A stretch of DNA of 64,000 nt from Octopus vulgaris (GCA_951406725.2 OX597838.1:13330001-13394000); one strand, 5' to 3'; counted from the stretch's first letter, positions 14,975 through 26,934 are shown. Numbers and translations are program-made. The notes: generated from the sequence alone by a model not told the origin.

Positions 14975-15136
14975 TTTTGGGGGGTTGAGTTTTTCACTGC
15001 ATGGCTGCAGCATGGGCGAGCGCCTGCTACTATGGCCCAGGGTCAACCAACCAAAGCCTTTTGCAAGGTGGATTTGGTGGAAGAGACTAAAACAAGCCTG
15101 TCGTGTTTTTATATGTATGCGTGAGCCTGCGCGCGC

Positions 15137-15185
<49 letters not shown>

Positions 15186-15220
15186 TGTGTGTATGTGCGT
15201 GAGTATGCGTGTGCCTGCGT

Positions 15221-15254
<34 letters not shown>

Positions 15255-15315
15255 TCGTGTGCGTGAGTGTGTGTGTGTATGTGTGTGTGTGTATGTTCGT
15301 GAGTATGCGTGTGCC

Positions 15316-15349
<34 letters not shown>

Positions 15350-15535
15350 CGTGTCTTTGGCCAATCACAGCTTGACAATCGGTGCGGGTTTGTTTACATT
15401 ACCGTATCTTAGTTATTCGGCACTTGAATTGATAAAATAAGTACCAGATTTTAAAAAATCATAAGTTCTGGGATCGATTTGTTCAATTAAAACTCTCGTA
15501 GGCGATGCCCGCCAATCTTACGACTGAAACAAAAT
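14975..15535 (+). mobile_element. Old diverged SINE family A relative
   Basis: Recognisable CCAAAGCCTT..GTGGATTTGG and CTGAAACAA blocks around an expanded (TG)n. Confidence 0.7.
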
Positions 15536-16322
15536 ATAAAAGATAAACGACGTCGAAATAAAGAGTACTTTATATAACTGATCTGAGAGTCTAACTTCGT
15601 GTATTATCAAATACGAAAGGTTCGGCAAATATGAACTCGCAGTTTATCTTACGTAACTGCACACAGTGACCCAGCAGTGACCTAGTCTTTATGCGGATAT
15701 AACTTTGCACATGCACCGATGCAGAAATTTAATATAAAAGATAAACGACGTCGAAATGAAGAGTACTTTATATAACTGATCTGAGAGTCTAACTTCGTGT
15801 ATTATCAAATACGAAAGGTTCGGCAAATATGAACTCGCAGTTTATCTTACGTAACTGCACACAGTGACCCAGCAGTGACCTAGTATTTATGCGGATATAA
15901 CTTTGCACATGCACCGATGCAGAAATTAATATAAAAGATAAACGACGTCGAAATGAAGAGTACTTTATATAACTGATCTGAGAGTCTAACTTCGTGTATT
16001 ATCAAATATGAAAGGTTCGGCAAATGTGAACTCGCAGTTTATCTTAACGTAACTGCACACAGTGACCCAGCAGTGACCTAGTCTTTATGCGGATATAACT
16101 TTGCACATGCACCGATGCAGAATTTAATATAAAAGATAAACGACGTCGAAATGAAGAGTACTTTATATAACTGATCTGAGAGTCTAACTTCGTGTATTAT
16201 CAAATATGAAAGGTTCGGCAAATGTGAACTCGCAGTTTATCTTAACGTAACTGCACACAGTGACCCAGCAGTGATCTAGTCTTTATGCGGATATAACTTT
16301 GCACATGCACCGATGCAGAAAT
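15534..16322. repeat. Tandem repeat, ~198-bp unit x4
   Basis: Units begin ATATAAAAGATAAACGACGTCG at ~15534, 15732, 15929 and 16127; near identical. Confidence 0.95.
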
Positions 16323-16376
16323 TTGGGATTTGTACATGTCTTGCACTATCGGCCACAAACGCACGAAACCATTACC

Positions 16377-17526
16377 TATTTCTTTATTACCCACAAGGGG
16401 CTAAACATAGAGGGGACAAACAAGGACAGACATGGGTATTAAGTCGATTACATCGACCCCCAGTGCGGAACTGGTACTTAATTTATCGACCCCGAAAGGA
16501 TGAAAGGCAAAGTCGACCCCGGCGGAATTTGAACTCAGAACATAACGGCAGACGAAATACCTATTTCTTTATAACCCACAAGGGGCTAAACACAGAGGGG
16601 ACAAACAAGGACAGACATAGGTATTAAGTCGATTACATCGACCCCAGTGCGGAACTGGTACTTAATTTATCGACCCCGAAAGGATGAAAGGCAAAGTCGA
16701 CCCCGGCGGAATTTGAACTCACAACGTAACGACAGACGAAATACCTATTTCTTTATTACTCACAAGGGGCTAAAAACAGAGGGGACAAACAAGGACAGAC
16801 ATAGGTATTAAGTCGATTACATCGACCCCAGTACGTAACTGGTACTTAATTTATCGACCCCGAAAGGATGAAAGGCAAAGTCGACCTCGGCGGAATTTGA
16901 ACTCACAACGTAACGACAGACGAAATACCTATTTCTTTATTTCCCACAAGGGGCTAAACATAGAGGGGACAAACAAGGACAGACATAGGTATTAAGTCGA
17001 TTACATCGACCCCAGTGCGGAACTGGTACTTAATTTATCGACCCCGAAAGGATGAAAGGCAAAGTCGACCTCGGCGGAATTTGAACTCAGAACGTAACGG
17101 CAGACGAAATACCTATTTCTTTATTACCCACAAGGGGCTAAACACAGAGGAGACAAACAAGGACAGACATAGGTATTAAGTCGATTATATCGACCCCAGT
17201 GCGGAACTGGTACTTAATTTATCGACCCCGAAAGGATGAAAGGCAAAGTCGACCCCGGCGGAATTTGAACTCACAACGTAACGACAGACGAAATACCTAT
17301 TTCTTTACTACCCACAAGGCGCTAAACATAGAGGGGACAAACAAGGACAGACATAGGTATTAAGTCGATTATATCGACCCCAGTGCGGAACTGGTACTTA
17401 ATTTATCGACCCCGAAAGGATGAAAGGCAAAGTCGACCCCGGCGGAATTTGAACTCACAACGTAACGACAGACGAAATACCGCTAAGCATTTCATCCGGC
17501 GTGCTAACGTTTCTGCCAGCTCGCCA
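16377..17526 (-). mobile_element. SINE family B hexameric head-to-tail array (~184-bp period) within one 12-bp TSD
   Basis: One tRNA head (~17480-17526) and five GAAATACC|TATTTC junctions; GAAACCATTACC at 16365-16376 and 17531-17542. Confidence 0.92.
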
Positions 17527-17649
17527 GCAAGAAACCATTACCAGTTTATCTTCCAACCAACATGCAACTAATCACTTATGCTTTCCTTCGATATCTCTTC
17601 ATTTTACTTTTTTCTCTTTAATTATGAAACTATACATTGTTATATTCTA

Positions 17650-18163
17650 CTAGCAGTATCGCCCGGCGTTGCTCGGGTTTGTAAGGGAAATAACTATATA
17701 AGCATTTTTAGAGAGTTACTTCCCTTATAGATGCCAATTCGGGCTTTCTTAGCCATTTCTGTTTTGGTGTCTTCAAGCCATGAAGCCGTTGTTCTAAAAG
17801 AACGCTGGTCTCCTTGACAACGCTTTGCGACGTTGATTTCCTTACACTCCCTTCCCCACAGCTTCACGAGGGAGGGAAGAAGGGGGAGAAGCAAACAGGT
17901 GCAGGTGTGACCATGGACGCCAACTCCGCCGCCATCGACACACGAAAAATTATGCATTAAAATGGAATAAAAAAAGGATGTTAAATTATTTTTAAAATCG
18001 TAGACTCATCGTAGACGCGCGCTAATACTCAGACGGGCTCGATATGAATCACGACTATAAGATACCCGAATTTGGTTAAACTGCACCGCAAAATGTGGGA
18101 GGAGTTAGGAATCTAAATCGAAGGGGACAGACACTCACACAACTACAGTTTTATATATATAGA
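17650..18163 (-). mobile_element. Non-autonomous Helitron with ~225-bp cargo
   Basis: A|TC 5' end, CCCG-AGCAACGC-CGGG hairpin, CTAG|T 3' end, no TSD. Confidence 0.9.
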
Positions 18164-18306
18164 TTTCCCGCTTCTCTATTATTTCTTATTTCATCATCAG
18201 GACTGAATCCGTCCGTTTCTCAAATGAATTAATTTCATTAGCAAATTTATCAATGATCTCTCTTTGATCACGTGTCACGGACTTAACTAAATGGATTCTT
18301 CCCCCA

Positions 18307-18536
18307 GCGGCGAGCTGGCAGAAACGTTAGCACGCCGGGCGAAATGCTTAGCGGTATTTCGTCTGCCGTTACGTTGTGAGTTCAAATTCCGCCGAGGTCG
18401 ACTTTGCCTTTCATCCTTTCGGGGTCGATAAATTAAGTACCAGTTACGCACTGGGGTCTATGTAATCGACTTAATACCTATGTCTGTCCTTGTTTGTCCG
18501 CTCTGTGTTTAGCCCCTTGTGGGTAATAAAGAAATA
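18307..18536 (+). mobile_element. SINE family B with 14-bp TSD
   Basis: GGATTCTTCCCCCA at 18293-18306 and 18537-18550. Confidence 0.93.
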
Positions 18537-18598
18537 GGATTCTTCCCCCATCATCTCCCATCTCAGCATTCTCTGAATGCACCAAACAGATAAACGTC

Positions 18599-18791
18599 GC
18601 CCTTTTTCAAGCCTAGCCAGGCTCATGGGCCCGGTTTCCCGCTTTCTGTGGCGTATGTGTCCCCCCCCCCCAGCTGGACGGGACACCAGTCCATCGCAGC
18701 GTTACTCAAGAAACAGGAAGAAAGAGAGAGAGAGAAAGTTGTGGCGAAAGAGTACAACAGGGGTCGCCACCATCCCCTGCCGGAGCTTCGT
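18599..18791 (-). mobile_element. SINE family D, 3' half (V-domain-like CTGCGATGGACTGG..CCCGTCCAG)
   Basis: Matches 32054-32255. Confidence 0.85.
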
Positions 18792-18794
18792 CAA

Positions 18795-19145
18795 TAGAAC
18801 TGGCAGAAATAAGGATCCTCCGAAGAACCTCTGGACTAACCTTACATGACAAGGTGCATGGATCTGCAGGTAGAGCCGCTACTTCTCTGGTACTACTGAC
18901 ACGTGACTAGAATGCCACAGGGAAGAATTAAAGGACGGATTTTCCAAGCAGAGCCAACCAGCCGGAGATCTAGGGGTAAACCAAGAATGAAATGATCGGC
19001 TAATACCCATAGTCTCAGATGGTCACGCTTGGGAATCCGGTGGAAAGTATAATGACGGTTGCTTCTGATAGGACCCTACGGAAGAAGTGCTTGAGGATTC
19101 TACAGTAACGATCCTCCTACAAATGATGGGTGAAGATGAATGAAT
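18795..19145 (+). pseudogene. Degraded RTE-clade LINE 3' end
   Basis: HVTRMPQGRIKGRIFQAEPTSRRSRGKPRMK resembles the RTE C-terminal GHV.RM..R.RG.PR..W motif; GAAT-repeat tail. Confidence 0.7.
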
Positions 19146-19201
19146 GGTTAAACTTCCCAACGTTTCCACAACGATTTTTTAAAATAGATAGATAGATAGA
19201 T

Positions 19202-19398
19202 AAACTGTGTTAGTCTAATTATACATACATACTCGCACGCACACACAAACACATATCTCCATACGAATTTGTTGCGTAAACTGACGTTGCAAGCAGAGTT
19301 GGTACAGAAACAACTGTAACGACTCATTAAAGATGTGTATGGAGATATGTGTTTGTGTGTGCGTGCGAGTATGTATGTATAATTAGACTAACACAGTT

Positions 19399-19399
<1 letters not shown>
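19202..19399. repeat. Perfect 63-bp inverted repeat enclosing a degenerate hammerhead
   Basis: Arms 19202-19264 / 19337-19399; spacer reads CUGACGU(19281)..GAAAC-AACU-GUA(19316). Confidence 0.75.
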
Positions 19400-19450
<51 letters not shown>

Positions 19451-19453
<3 letters not shown>

Positions 19454-19845
19454 TTATATATAAAAAGTGAAGTTGTGTGTCTGTTTCCTACGATTTAGAT
19501 TCCTAACTACTCCCACATTTTGCGGTGCAGTGTAACCAAAACCGGGTATCTTATAGTCGTGATTCATATCGAGCCCTTCTGGGTATTAGCGTGCGTCTAC
19601 GATGAGTCTACGATTTTTAAAAAATTTACCATCATATTTTTCCATTTTAATGCATTTTTCGCTATTATATAAGGGAAGTAACTCTCTAAAAATATCTACG
19701 ATGTGTCAACGATTTAAAAAAAAATTTACCTTAATTTTTTTTCCATTTTTAATGCATTTTTTGCTATTTTTGGGCTATAACTCTCTAAAAATGCTTATAT
19801 AGTTATTTCCCTTACAAACCCGAGCAACGCCGGGCGATACTGCTA

Positions 19846-19846
<1 letters not shown>
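19451..19846 (+). mobile_element. Non-autonomous Helitron
   Basis: A|TC start, hairpin + CTAG|T end; internal duplication. Confidence 0.9.
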
Positions 19847-19903
<57 letters not shown>

Positions 19904-19921
19904 GCCTATCTGTCTGTCTAT

Positions 19922-20261
19922 CTTCCACTGAGGAGGGAGTTGGTTTCCAACAAAGATACAAGGCTCCATGTTTGGAATGTAGTTAACACAGACAAATTCA
20001 CATTTGGAACTTGAGAAATGTCTTGCATATTTTTACAGTTCCACTCACAGATTGCATTTTCTCTTTCTGAAAATCCCAGTTTATTCAGATTTCCTTTAAG
20101 CATTTACTAACAAAACATAGTGCTCCAATTATTATTCGTATGAATATGAATTCATAGTCTGGATATAGAAGCTGGAGGTTTCGAACCAGTTGTCCATAGA
20201 TATCCTCTTTTCCTTTGATTTTCAAAAAGATATACATATCACCAGGGCAGCTGACCTCTAT
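19922..20261 (-). pseudogene. 5'-truncated R4/Dong-like (restriction-like endonuclease) LINE 3' end
   Basis: IEVSCPGD..K..KEDIYGQLVRNLQLLYPDYEFIFIRIIIGAL..V resembles an RLE domain; abuts (TACA)n. Confidence 0.8.
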
Positions 20262-21035
20262 GTATGTATGTATGTATGTATGTATGTATGTATGTATGTA
20301 TGTATGTATGTATGTATGTATGTATGTATGTATGTGACGGGCGCGCGCACATTTGCATGTATGTATATGGACACACACATATATATATTTCTTTACAACC
20401 CATAAGGGGCTACACACAGAGAGGACAAACAAGGACAGACAAACGGAAACACACACATATATATGTAAAAGGTTCCCCGCCTTTTGTGTAGCGCTTAAGT
20501 GACGCTATATTTTTTAAGCAGGTGTATAAGGAAATAATTTGAACCATATGCGTTGAATAAACATAGTGACTCAATCAAATTTAAATAGACTAATCTGTGA
20601 AATATTTCTACACCCCCAACTATATCCATCTCAAAGACACTGTGTGGGCTGATGCTTGCTATGTGTTGGTTATGCTTCGCTTCGTTGTTGTCGCCATGGC
20701 AACTAAAGATGAAACTCACTCCCCCTCCTCACTCCACATGTGCATAATCACCTTTTCAAACTTGGTCATTTGAAATTTCAAAGTTTTCCCCCTTGCCGCT
20801 TTTGATAAATGCATTGTCATTCACAATAATATTTCCTCTCGCTTTCATTCTCTTTACACTTATAATATAAGATTTCAGCATTCTCAGGTTGCTGTAACAT
20901 GCATTTTCTTCACAACGTGCACTTAAAATTATCGGTGCTAACCCGCTGCAATCGATATTTGATTCTCACGATCACTGGAACTACAACCATGAATTACAGT
21001 CGTCAAATTAAGCGCCTTTTCTCTCTCTCTCTCTC

Positions 21036-21435
21036 TCTTTTACTTTTTTACTTGTTTCAGTCATTTGACTGCGGCCATGCTGGAGCACCGCCTTTAATCG
21101 AGCAAATCGACCCCGGGATTTATTCTTTGTAAGCCCAGTACTTATTCTATCGGTCTCTTTTGCCGAACCGCTAAGAGACGGAGACGTAAACATACCAGCA
21201 TCGGTTGTCAAGCAATGCTAGGGGGACAACCACAGATACACAAACATATATATACATATATATATATATACATATATACGACAGGCTTCTTTCAGTTTCC
21301 GTCTACCAAATCCACTCACAAGGCATTGGTCGGCCCGGGGCCATAGCAGAAGACACTTGCCCAAGATGCCACGCAGTGGGACTGAACCCGAAACCATGTG
21401 GTTGGTTAGCAAGCTACTTACCACATAGCCACTCA
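21036..21435 (-). mobile_element. SINE family A
   Basis: Full-length family match. Confidence 0.92.
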
Positions 21436-21444
21436 TATATATAT

Positions 21445-21960
21445 AAATCCTTAATAATGTTTCAGCCCGAAAGCTGCGGTCATGCTGGGGCACCACCGTT
21501 GATTGTGCTACGCTAGTATGTGAAACCCCCTCTAATACGTCGCACTCGGTCAGCAAGGGTGTTCGATGCCGCTGCCCGCATCTGTGTGTCTTGCCGAGAG
21601 GTAGGTTCATCTGGAACTCCTGACAAGAAGAGATCGAGTTTAGTTTTAAAGAAACCCACATCCACATCATGCAGGTCTCTCAGGCATTTAGGAAGGGTAT
21701 TGAAGAGCTGTGGTCCCCTGAAACCCAAGCTGTTGCAATATCTGGTCCTGTATTTTAATAGCGATGTTGGGATCTTTGGCATCATGCAGTGGCGCCCCGT
21801 TCTGCTGTTGGGCCAAAATTTGGGACAAGGCCCTCTAGGATTTTCCAGATGTATACCACTGCATATCTCTCCCGCCTTCGCTCCAGGGGGAAGAGTTTTA
21901 ATACTTTCGGTCTTTCCCGGTAGTTGATATGTTGCATTGAGACGATCTTCTTAGTGTAAC
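21445..21960 (-). pseudogene. CR1-like LINE ORF2 C-terminus and 3' UTR
   Basis: RTGRHC..RTRYCNSLGFRGPQLFNTLPKCLRD..FKTKLDLFLSGVPDEP; frameshifted upstream; stem-loop tail. Confidence 0.85.
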
Positions 21961-22087
21961 TGCCGGAGCCTCGTGGAGCTTTAGGTGTTTTCGCTCAATA
22001 AACACTCACAACGCCCGGTCTGAGAATCGAAACCGCGATCCTATGACCGCGAGTCCGCTGCCCTAACCACTGGGCCATTGCGCCTCC
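21961..22087 (-). mobile_element. SINE family D, 5' half (tRNA-like head)
   Basis: GGAGGCGCAATGGCCCAGTGGTTAGGGC..GGTTTCGATTC on minus. Confidence 0.85.
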
Positions 22088-22276
22088 AAGAATAATATAA
22101 TACACCTAATAATAATAATAATAATTGATTCCTTGGTATGCATATACATATGAATATAAAAATATAGAAATATATGTACATGCGTTTATGCATGTTTATG
22201 TGTACGTATGTATATGTATAAGTGTGTATATGTGCATGTATTTGTATTTATAACTTAACCTTATGAACTTTTTAAA

Positions 22277-22400
22277 CTCTCTGACGAAGCCCAGAGACAC
22301 ACCCAAGTACCTGAATCTTATCTACCAAATACTTCAGTTCACTGAAGGGACATAAGTAGATTGGTGTACTTTGGCCTCTTGGCTGAAACAGCTGTAAGCT
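22277..22400 (+). ncRNA. Hammerhead ribozyme with ~97-nt stem II domain
   Basis: CUGACGA(22281)-AGCCCAGAG..CUCUUGGCU-GAAAC-AGCU-GUA(22394-22396); stem I is short; element continues to 22580 then (TA)n. Confidence 0.65.
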
Positions 22401-22578
22401 ATTATCCTATTTTTTGTGACCTACGTTATATATTTTAATAATTACTGGTATTTTTATATATTGTATATGTAAAGCATGAATGTATATTGTTATAATGTTT
22501 TTTTTTAAATAAATAGACATAATATAATGTCTAAAAGTTCATAAATACCACCTCTTGTTCCCCTCCATTTTCTTATTG

Positions 22579-22632
<54 letters not shown>

Positions 22633-22787
22633 TAGAAAAAACACCTTTTATCAATTCGAAATGAACAATTAAATTACACAATCTAGAAAATTACATATAA
22701 CAGAAATATTAAAATTAAATTAACAATAATATACCGATGATTAAGTAAATTGCAAAATAATAATAAAAACGTATATATTTGGTAGAA

Positions 22788-22892
22788 TAACGACACGTGT
22801 TTCGTGGCTATATTTAAGAAATGATTATAGTAAAAAAATTTAATAGTAGTAGTAAAATCACTTCGATATAAATATAGGAACTCATCAGGTTA
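22788..22892 (-). ncRNA. Type I hammerhead ribozyme, canonical core, long stem II
   Basis: UAAC-CUGAUGA-G..CUAUAUUUA..GAAGUGAUU/AAUCAUUUC..UAAAUAUAG..C-GAAAC-ACGU-GUC-GUUA. Confidence 0.82.
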
Positions 22893-22934
22893 AAAATTAA
22901 CTAGAATAACAAAATAATTAATTAATAAATATAC

Positions 22935-23005
<71 letters not shown>

Positions 23006-23183
23006 ATTCTAAATATACATTAAGTGAAAACTAACAATAATACTTAAATTATTCAACTATATTATAGTGTGATATATTAAATCTATAGATACTACACATA
23101 TATATTTTGATTACAATATTAATGGCTTGTACTAGCATTGTATATATTAATAAATTTTAAAGTATTGAATGATTTAAGTATTG

Positions 23184-23841
23184 CTCAGGTTTTCGGTACA
23201 TCTAGTGCGACTTTCGTGCGTCGCAGAGTTGGGGAAGCATCTATGGCTGAATGTCTGGTACCAACCGTAAAACATGGAGGGGGGGTTCTATCATGGTATG
23301 GGCCTGCATGTCTGCCACAGGACCTGGAGAAATGTCTTCATGTCAGGAAAGAATGCATTCAGCTACCTATGTTTCTATGTTAGCAGATGCTTTAGAGCCA
23401 TCAATTGCTAAATTGCATCCAGGGGTGTCGTGAAACAGTGTTATCTTTCAACAGGACAACGCTCCATGTCATACAGCAAAGAATACTCGTCAATGGTTTG
23501 AGACACAGGGTATTATTCCCATTGACTGGCCAGCTCAAAGTCTCGATCTAAATCCGATCGAACACCTATGAGGAACTCTTGGTGAAGCTATCAGGAACAC
23601 AACAATTAAAAATAAAGAGCATTTGTACCATAAGTTGAGAGAAGAATGGAGTAAAATTGCTTTTTGTAGCTGCAAGAAACTAGTTGATTCAGTGCCTAAC
23701 CGCATAAAAGTGGGGTCAACCAAATATTAAAACTAATGTATATTGTGAAATATACAGTAATCTACCATGTGCACGAGTTTCACTAACATTGAGATAGCAG
23801 AACCCCAAAACATTGGGATGGCCTAATACTTTTGGCCAAGG

Positions 23842-23844
<3 letters not shown>
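23184..23844 (+). pseudogene. Tc1 (DD34E) transposase 3' half with right TIR
   Basis: PTVKHGGG.SIMVWACM..FQQDNAPCHTAK..WPAQSLDLNPIEHL, with 34 residues between D and E; stops and a frameshift; ends CTAATACTTTTGGCCAAGGCTG|TA. Confidence 0.92.
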
Positions 23845-23889
<45 letters not shown>

Positions 23890-24022
23890 AATATATATAA
23901 AGAGATGTGTGTATTTTCCCCTTGTTTACAATATGTTGAATATATATATATATATATATGCGCAGCAATAATAAATCTCTGAGCGAGGTATACACAGTAG
24001 CTGCACGACATCGTGAAGTATA

Positions 24023-24152
24023 TTTGCCACTTAAATGTGGCTAATCCCTAAAGGTGGATGCTACTGTAGCTTGTAGACCCAGGAGGGTCCTCCTGGGGCT
24101 ACAAGCTACAGTAGCATCCACCCTTAGGGGTTAGCCACATTTAAGTGGCAAA
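24023..24152. repeat. Near-perfect hairpin, ~62-bp arms, 4-nt loop
   Basis: TTTGCCACTTAAATGTGGCTAA..CCCAGGAG-GGTC-CTCCTGGG..TTAGCCACATTTAAGTGGCAAA. Confidence 0.9.
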
Positions 24153-24572
24153 ACATATTACAGACAAGAAAGTGGATTTCGAACGCAGTAAAACGATATG
24201 AACAGTGGAGAAAGATTGAGTGTTTATATATTTAGCAATACATATATTATTTTGGTTGAGTCAGTTTCTTCCTAGTCTGAATTTCACCTGTAGATAAGTT
24301 AACTGTCATAACCTGTCAAAACTTGCCTCAAATCCCTGCGCACCTGCAGGCGAAACTCATAATAGCGAGAGATTGATCCGACCAAACTAAAATACACTAT
24401 TAATCTCTACTATGGTATTGAGATATATACTTCTCACTTTTCCGACACTTAACAGTAAATGGATGTGTGTGTGTGTGCGCGTGTGTGCGTGCGTATATAG
24501 AGACAGAGACACGGAATAATAGATACACAGATATATACATATATATATAGAGAGATAGATAGATAGACAGAT

Positions 24573-24649
<77 letters not shown>

Positions 24650-24730
24650 TGAATATATATCAATAACGATATAGTTGTATATACACGTATGTATATACGT
24701 AAGTACATTAAGCACGCACACACACACACT

Positions 24731-24785
<55 letters not shown>

Positions 24786-24889
24786 AGAATTCACACAAAA
24801 AAAGACGAAGACAGGTGGTTTAGACAACAAATATGTTTGTATTAGTTTAACGCTCGGGATACTGTTAAGACAGATAGGCAAACATAGGT

Positions 24890-24941
<52 letters not shown>

Positions 24942-24943
<2 letters not shown>

Positions 24944-25753
24944 CAAGAAGAAAATGGAGGGGATCATTAGGTGGTTCATCAACCTTATATTATGTCAATT
25001 TATTTATTCATTTACTAAAATGGCAATTACAAGAATATACATACATGTATAGCATATGCTTTACATATAAAACTAGCAGTATCGCCCGGCGTTGCTCGGG
25101 TTTGTAAGGGAAATAACTATATAAGCGTTTTTAGAGAGTTACTTCCCTTATAGATGCCAATTCGGGCTTTCTTAGCCATTTCTGTTTTGGTGTCTTCAAG
25201 CCATGAAGTCGTTGTTCTAAAAGAACGCTGGTCTCCTTGACAACGCTTTACGACGTTGATTTCCTTACACTCCCTTCCCCACAGCTTCACGAGGGAGGGA
25301 AGAAGGGTAAGAAGCAACACAGGTGCAAGTGTGACCATGGACGCCAACTCCGCCGCCATCGACACACGAAAAATTATGCATTAAAATGGAATAAAAAATG
25401 ATGTTAAATTATTTTTAAAATCGTAGACTCATCGTAGACGCGCGCTAATACTCAGACGGGCTCGATATGAATCACGACTATAAGATACCCGGTTTTGGTT
25501 AAACTGCACCGCAAAATGTGGGAGGAGTTAGGAATCTAAATCGAAGGGGACAGACACTCACACAGCTACAGTTTTATATATATATAGATATATAAAGATA
25601 CCAGTAATTATTAAAATACATAACATACAAGAATAGAAATTGGGAAAAATATCTTACAGCTGTTTCAGCCTAGAGGTCAAAATACCTCATTTTACTTTTA
25701 TCTCTCATGTAGACTGAAGTAATTAGTAGATGAAATTGAGGTACTTGGGGTTA
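24942..25753 (-). mobile_element. Second copy of the 22290-22580 HHR element, split by a Helitron
   Basis: 24942-25072 and 25590-25753 align to the reverse complement of 22290-22580, including GGCTGAAACAGCTGTAAG. Confidence 0.7.
25073..25588 (-). mobile_element. Non-autonomous Helitron (same cargo as 17650 copy)
   Basis: TC/hairpin/CTAG termini; near-identical to 17650-18163. Confidence 0.9.
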
Positions 25754-25754
25754 A

Positions 25755-25852
<98 letters not shown>

Positions 25853-26156
25853 GTGTGTGCGTGTGTGTGTGCGAGTGTGTGTGTGTGTATACACATATAT
25901 ATAACGCAATACACATTATATGATATTCTTTTCCACTATAGGTACAAGGTCTGAAATTTGTGGGGAGATGGATAGTCGATTATATCGACCCCAGTACGTG
26001 ACTGGTTCTTAATTTATCGACCCCATAATAATACACATAGACACACACGTTTGCGCACGCACACACTCGCGTGTTAGCGTGTATCTGCGTGTAATGTGTG
26101 TATCGAAATATAATCAACAAAATAGCAACGATAGTATTTAAAAATCACCCTGTATA

Positions 26157-26188
<32 letters not shown>

Positions 26189-26454
26189 CGAGATCACACA
26201 CATACACGCACACATACACACATACATACGCAGACGTACACACTTTTAAATCAGTCTTGGGCTGAACTTTGCTTCTCCCAGAGAGAAAGAAGCATAGACT
26301 GTAGGTCGACATAATCAACTAGAAACCCTTGAAAGAGGGGTTCCCACCGTCACCACCGCCATCACCGCCACTACAGCGTCACTACACCGTCACTACACCG
26401 CCAAGACTACAATCCAGTAATACATACATACATACATTCGTATATGTATCTATG

Positions 26455-26493
<39 letters not shown>

Positions 26494-26519
26494 TTATTTA
26501 TATATATATATACATATGT

Positions 26520-26631
<112 letters not shown>

Positions 26632-26934
26632 GCACACACATAAATAAATATAGGTGTGTGTGTGACGGAGAAGAGTAAATGTTATTGTTGATTTTAATCA
26701 ACTTTTTGGTAAAAGGTCAAGAGAAATTTTGTAAATAATTTGATTAACATTTAAACAACCAATCAACAGCCGTGTCTTCTCATCCGAAAGATCTTCTTTC
26801 AGATAATACCTCCTCGCCCCCCCCCCCGTACACACATACATACACACATACATACATACATACATACATACATACATACATACATACATACATACATACA
26901 TGCATACATACATGTGTATATATATATATATATA

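Noticed and set aside
15585-15625. CTGA..GAAA in the 198-bp tandem unit as a retrozyme HHR
   Set aside because: Core reads CUGAUCU/CUGAGAG with no compatible stems I and III.
20495-21012. Possible TTAA-flanked DNA transposon with RFX-like GTCGCCATGGCAAC (similar motif at 45421)
   Set aside because: Terminal repeats are too short and imperfect to support a call.
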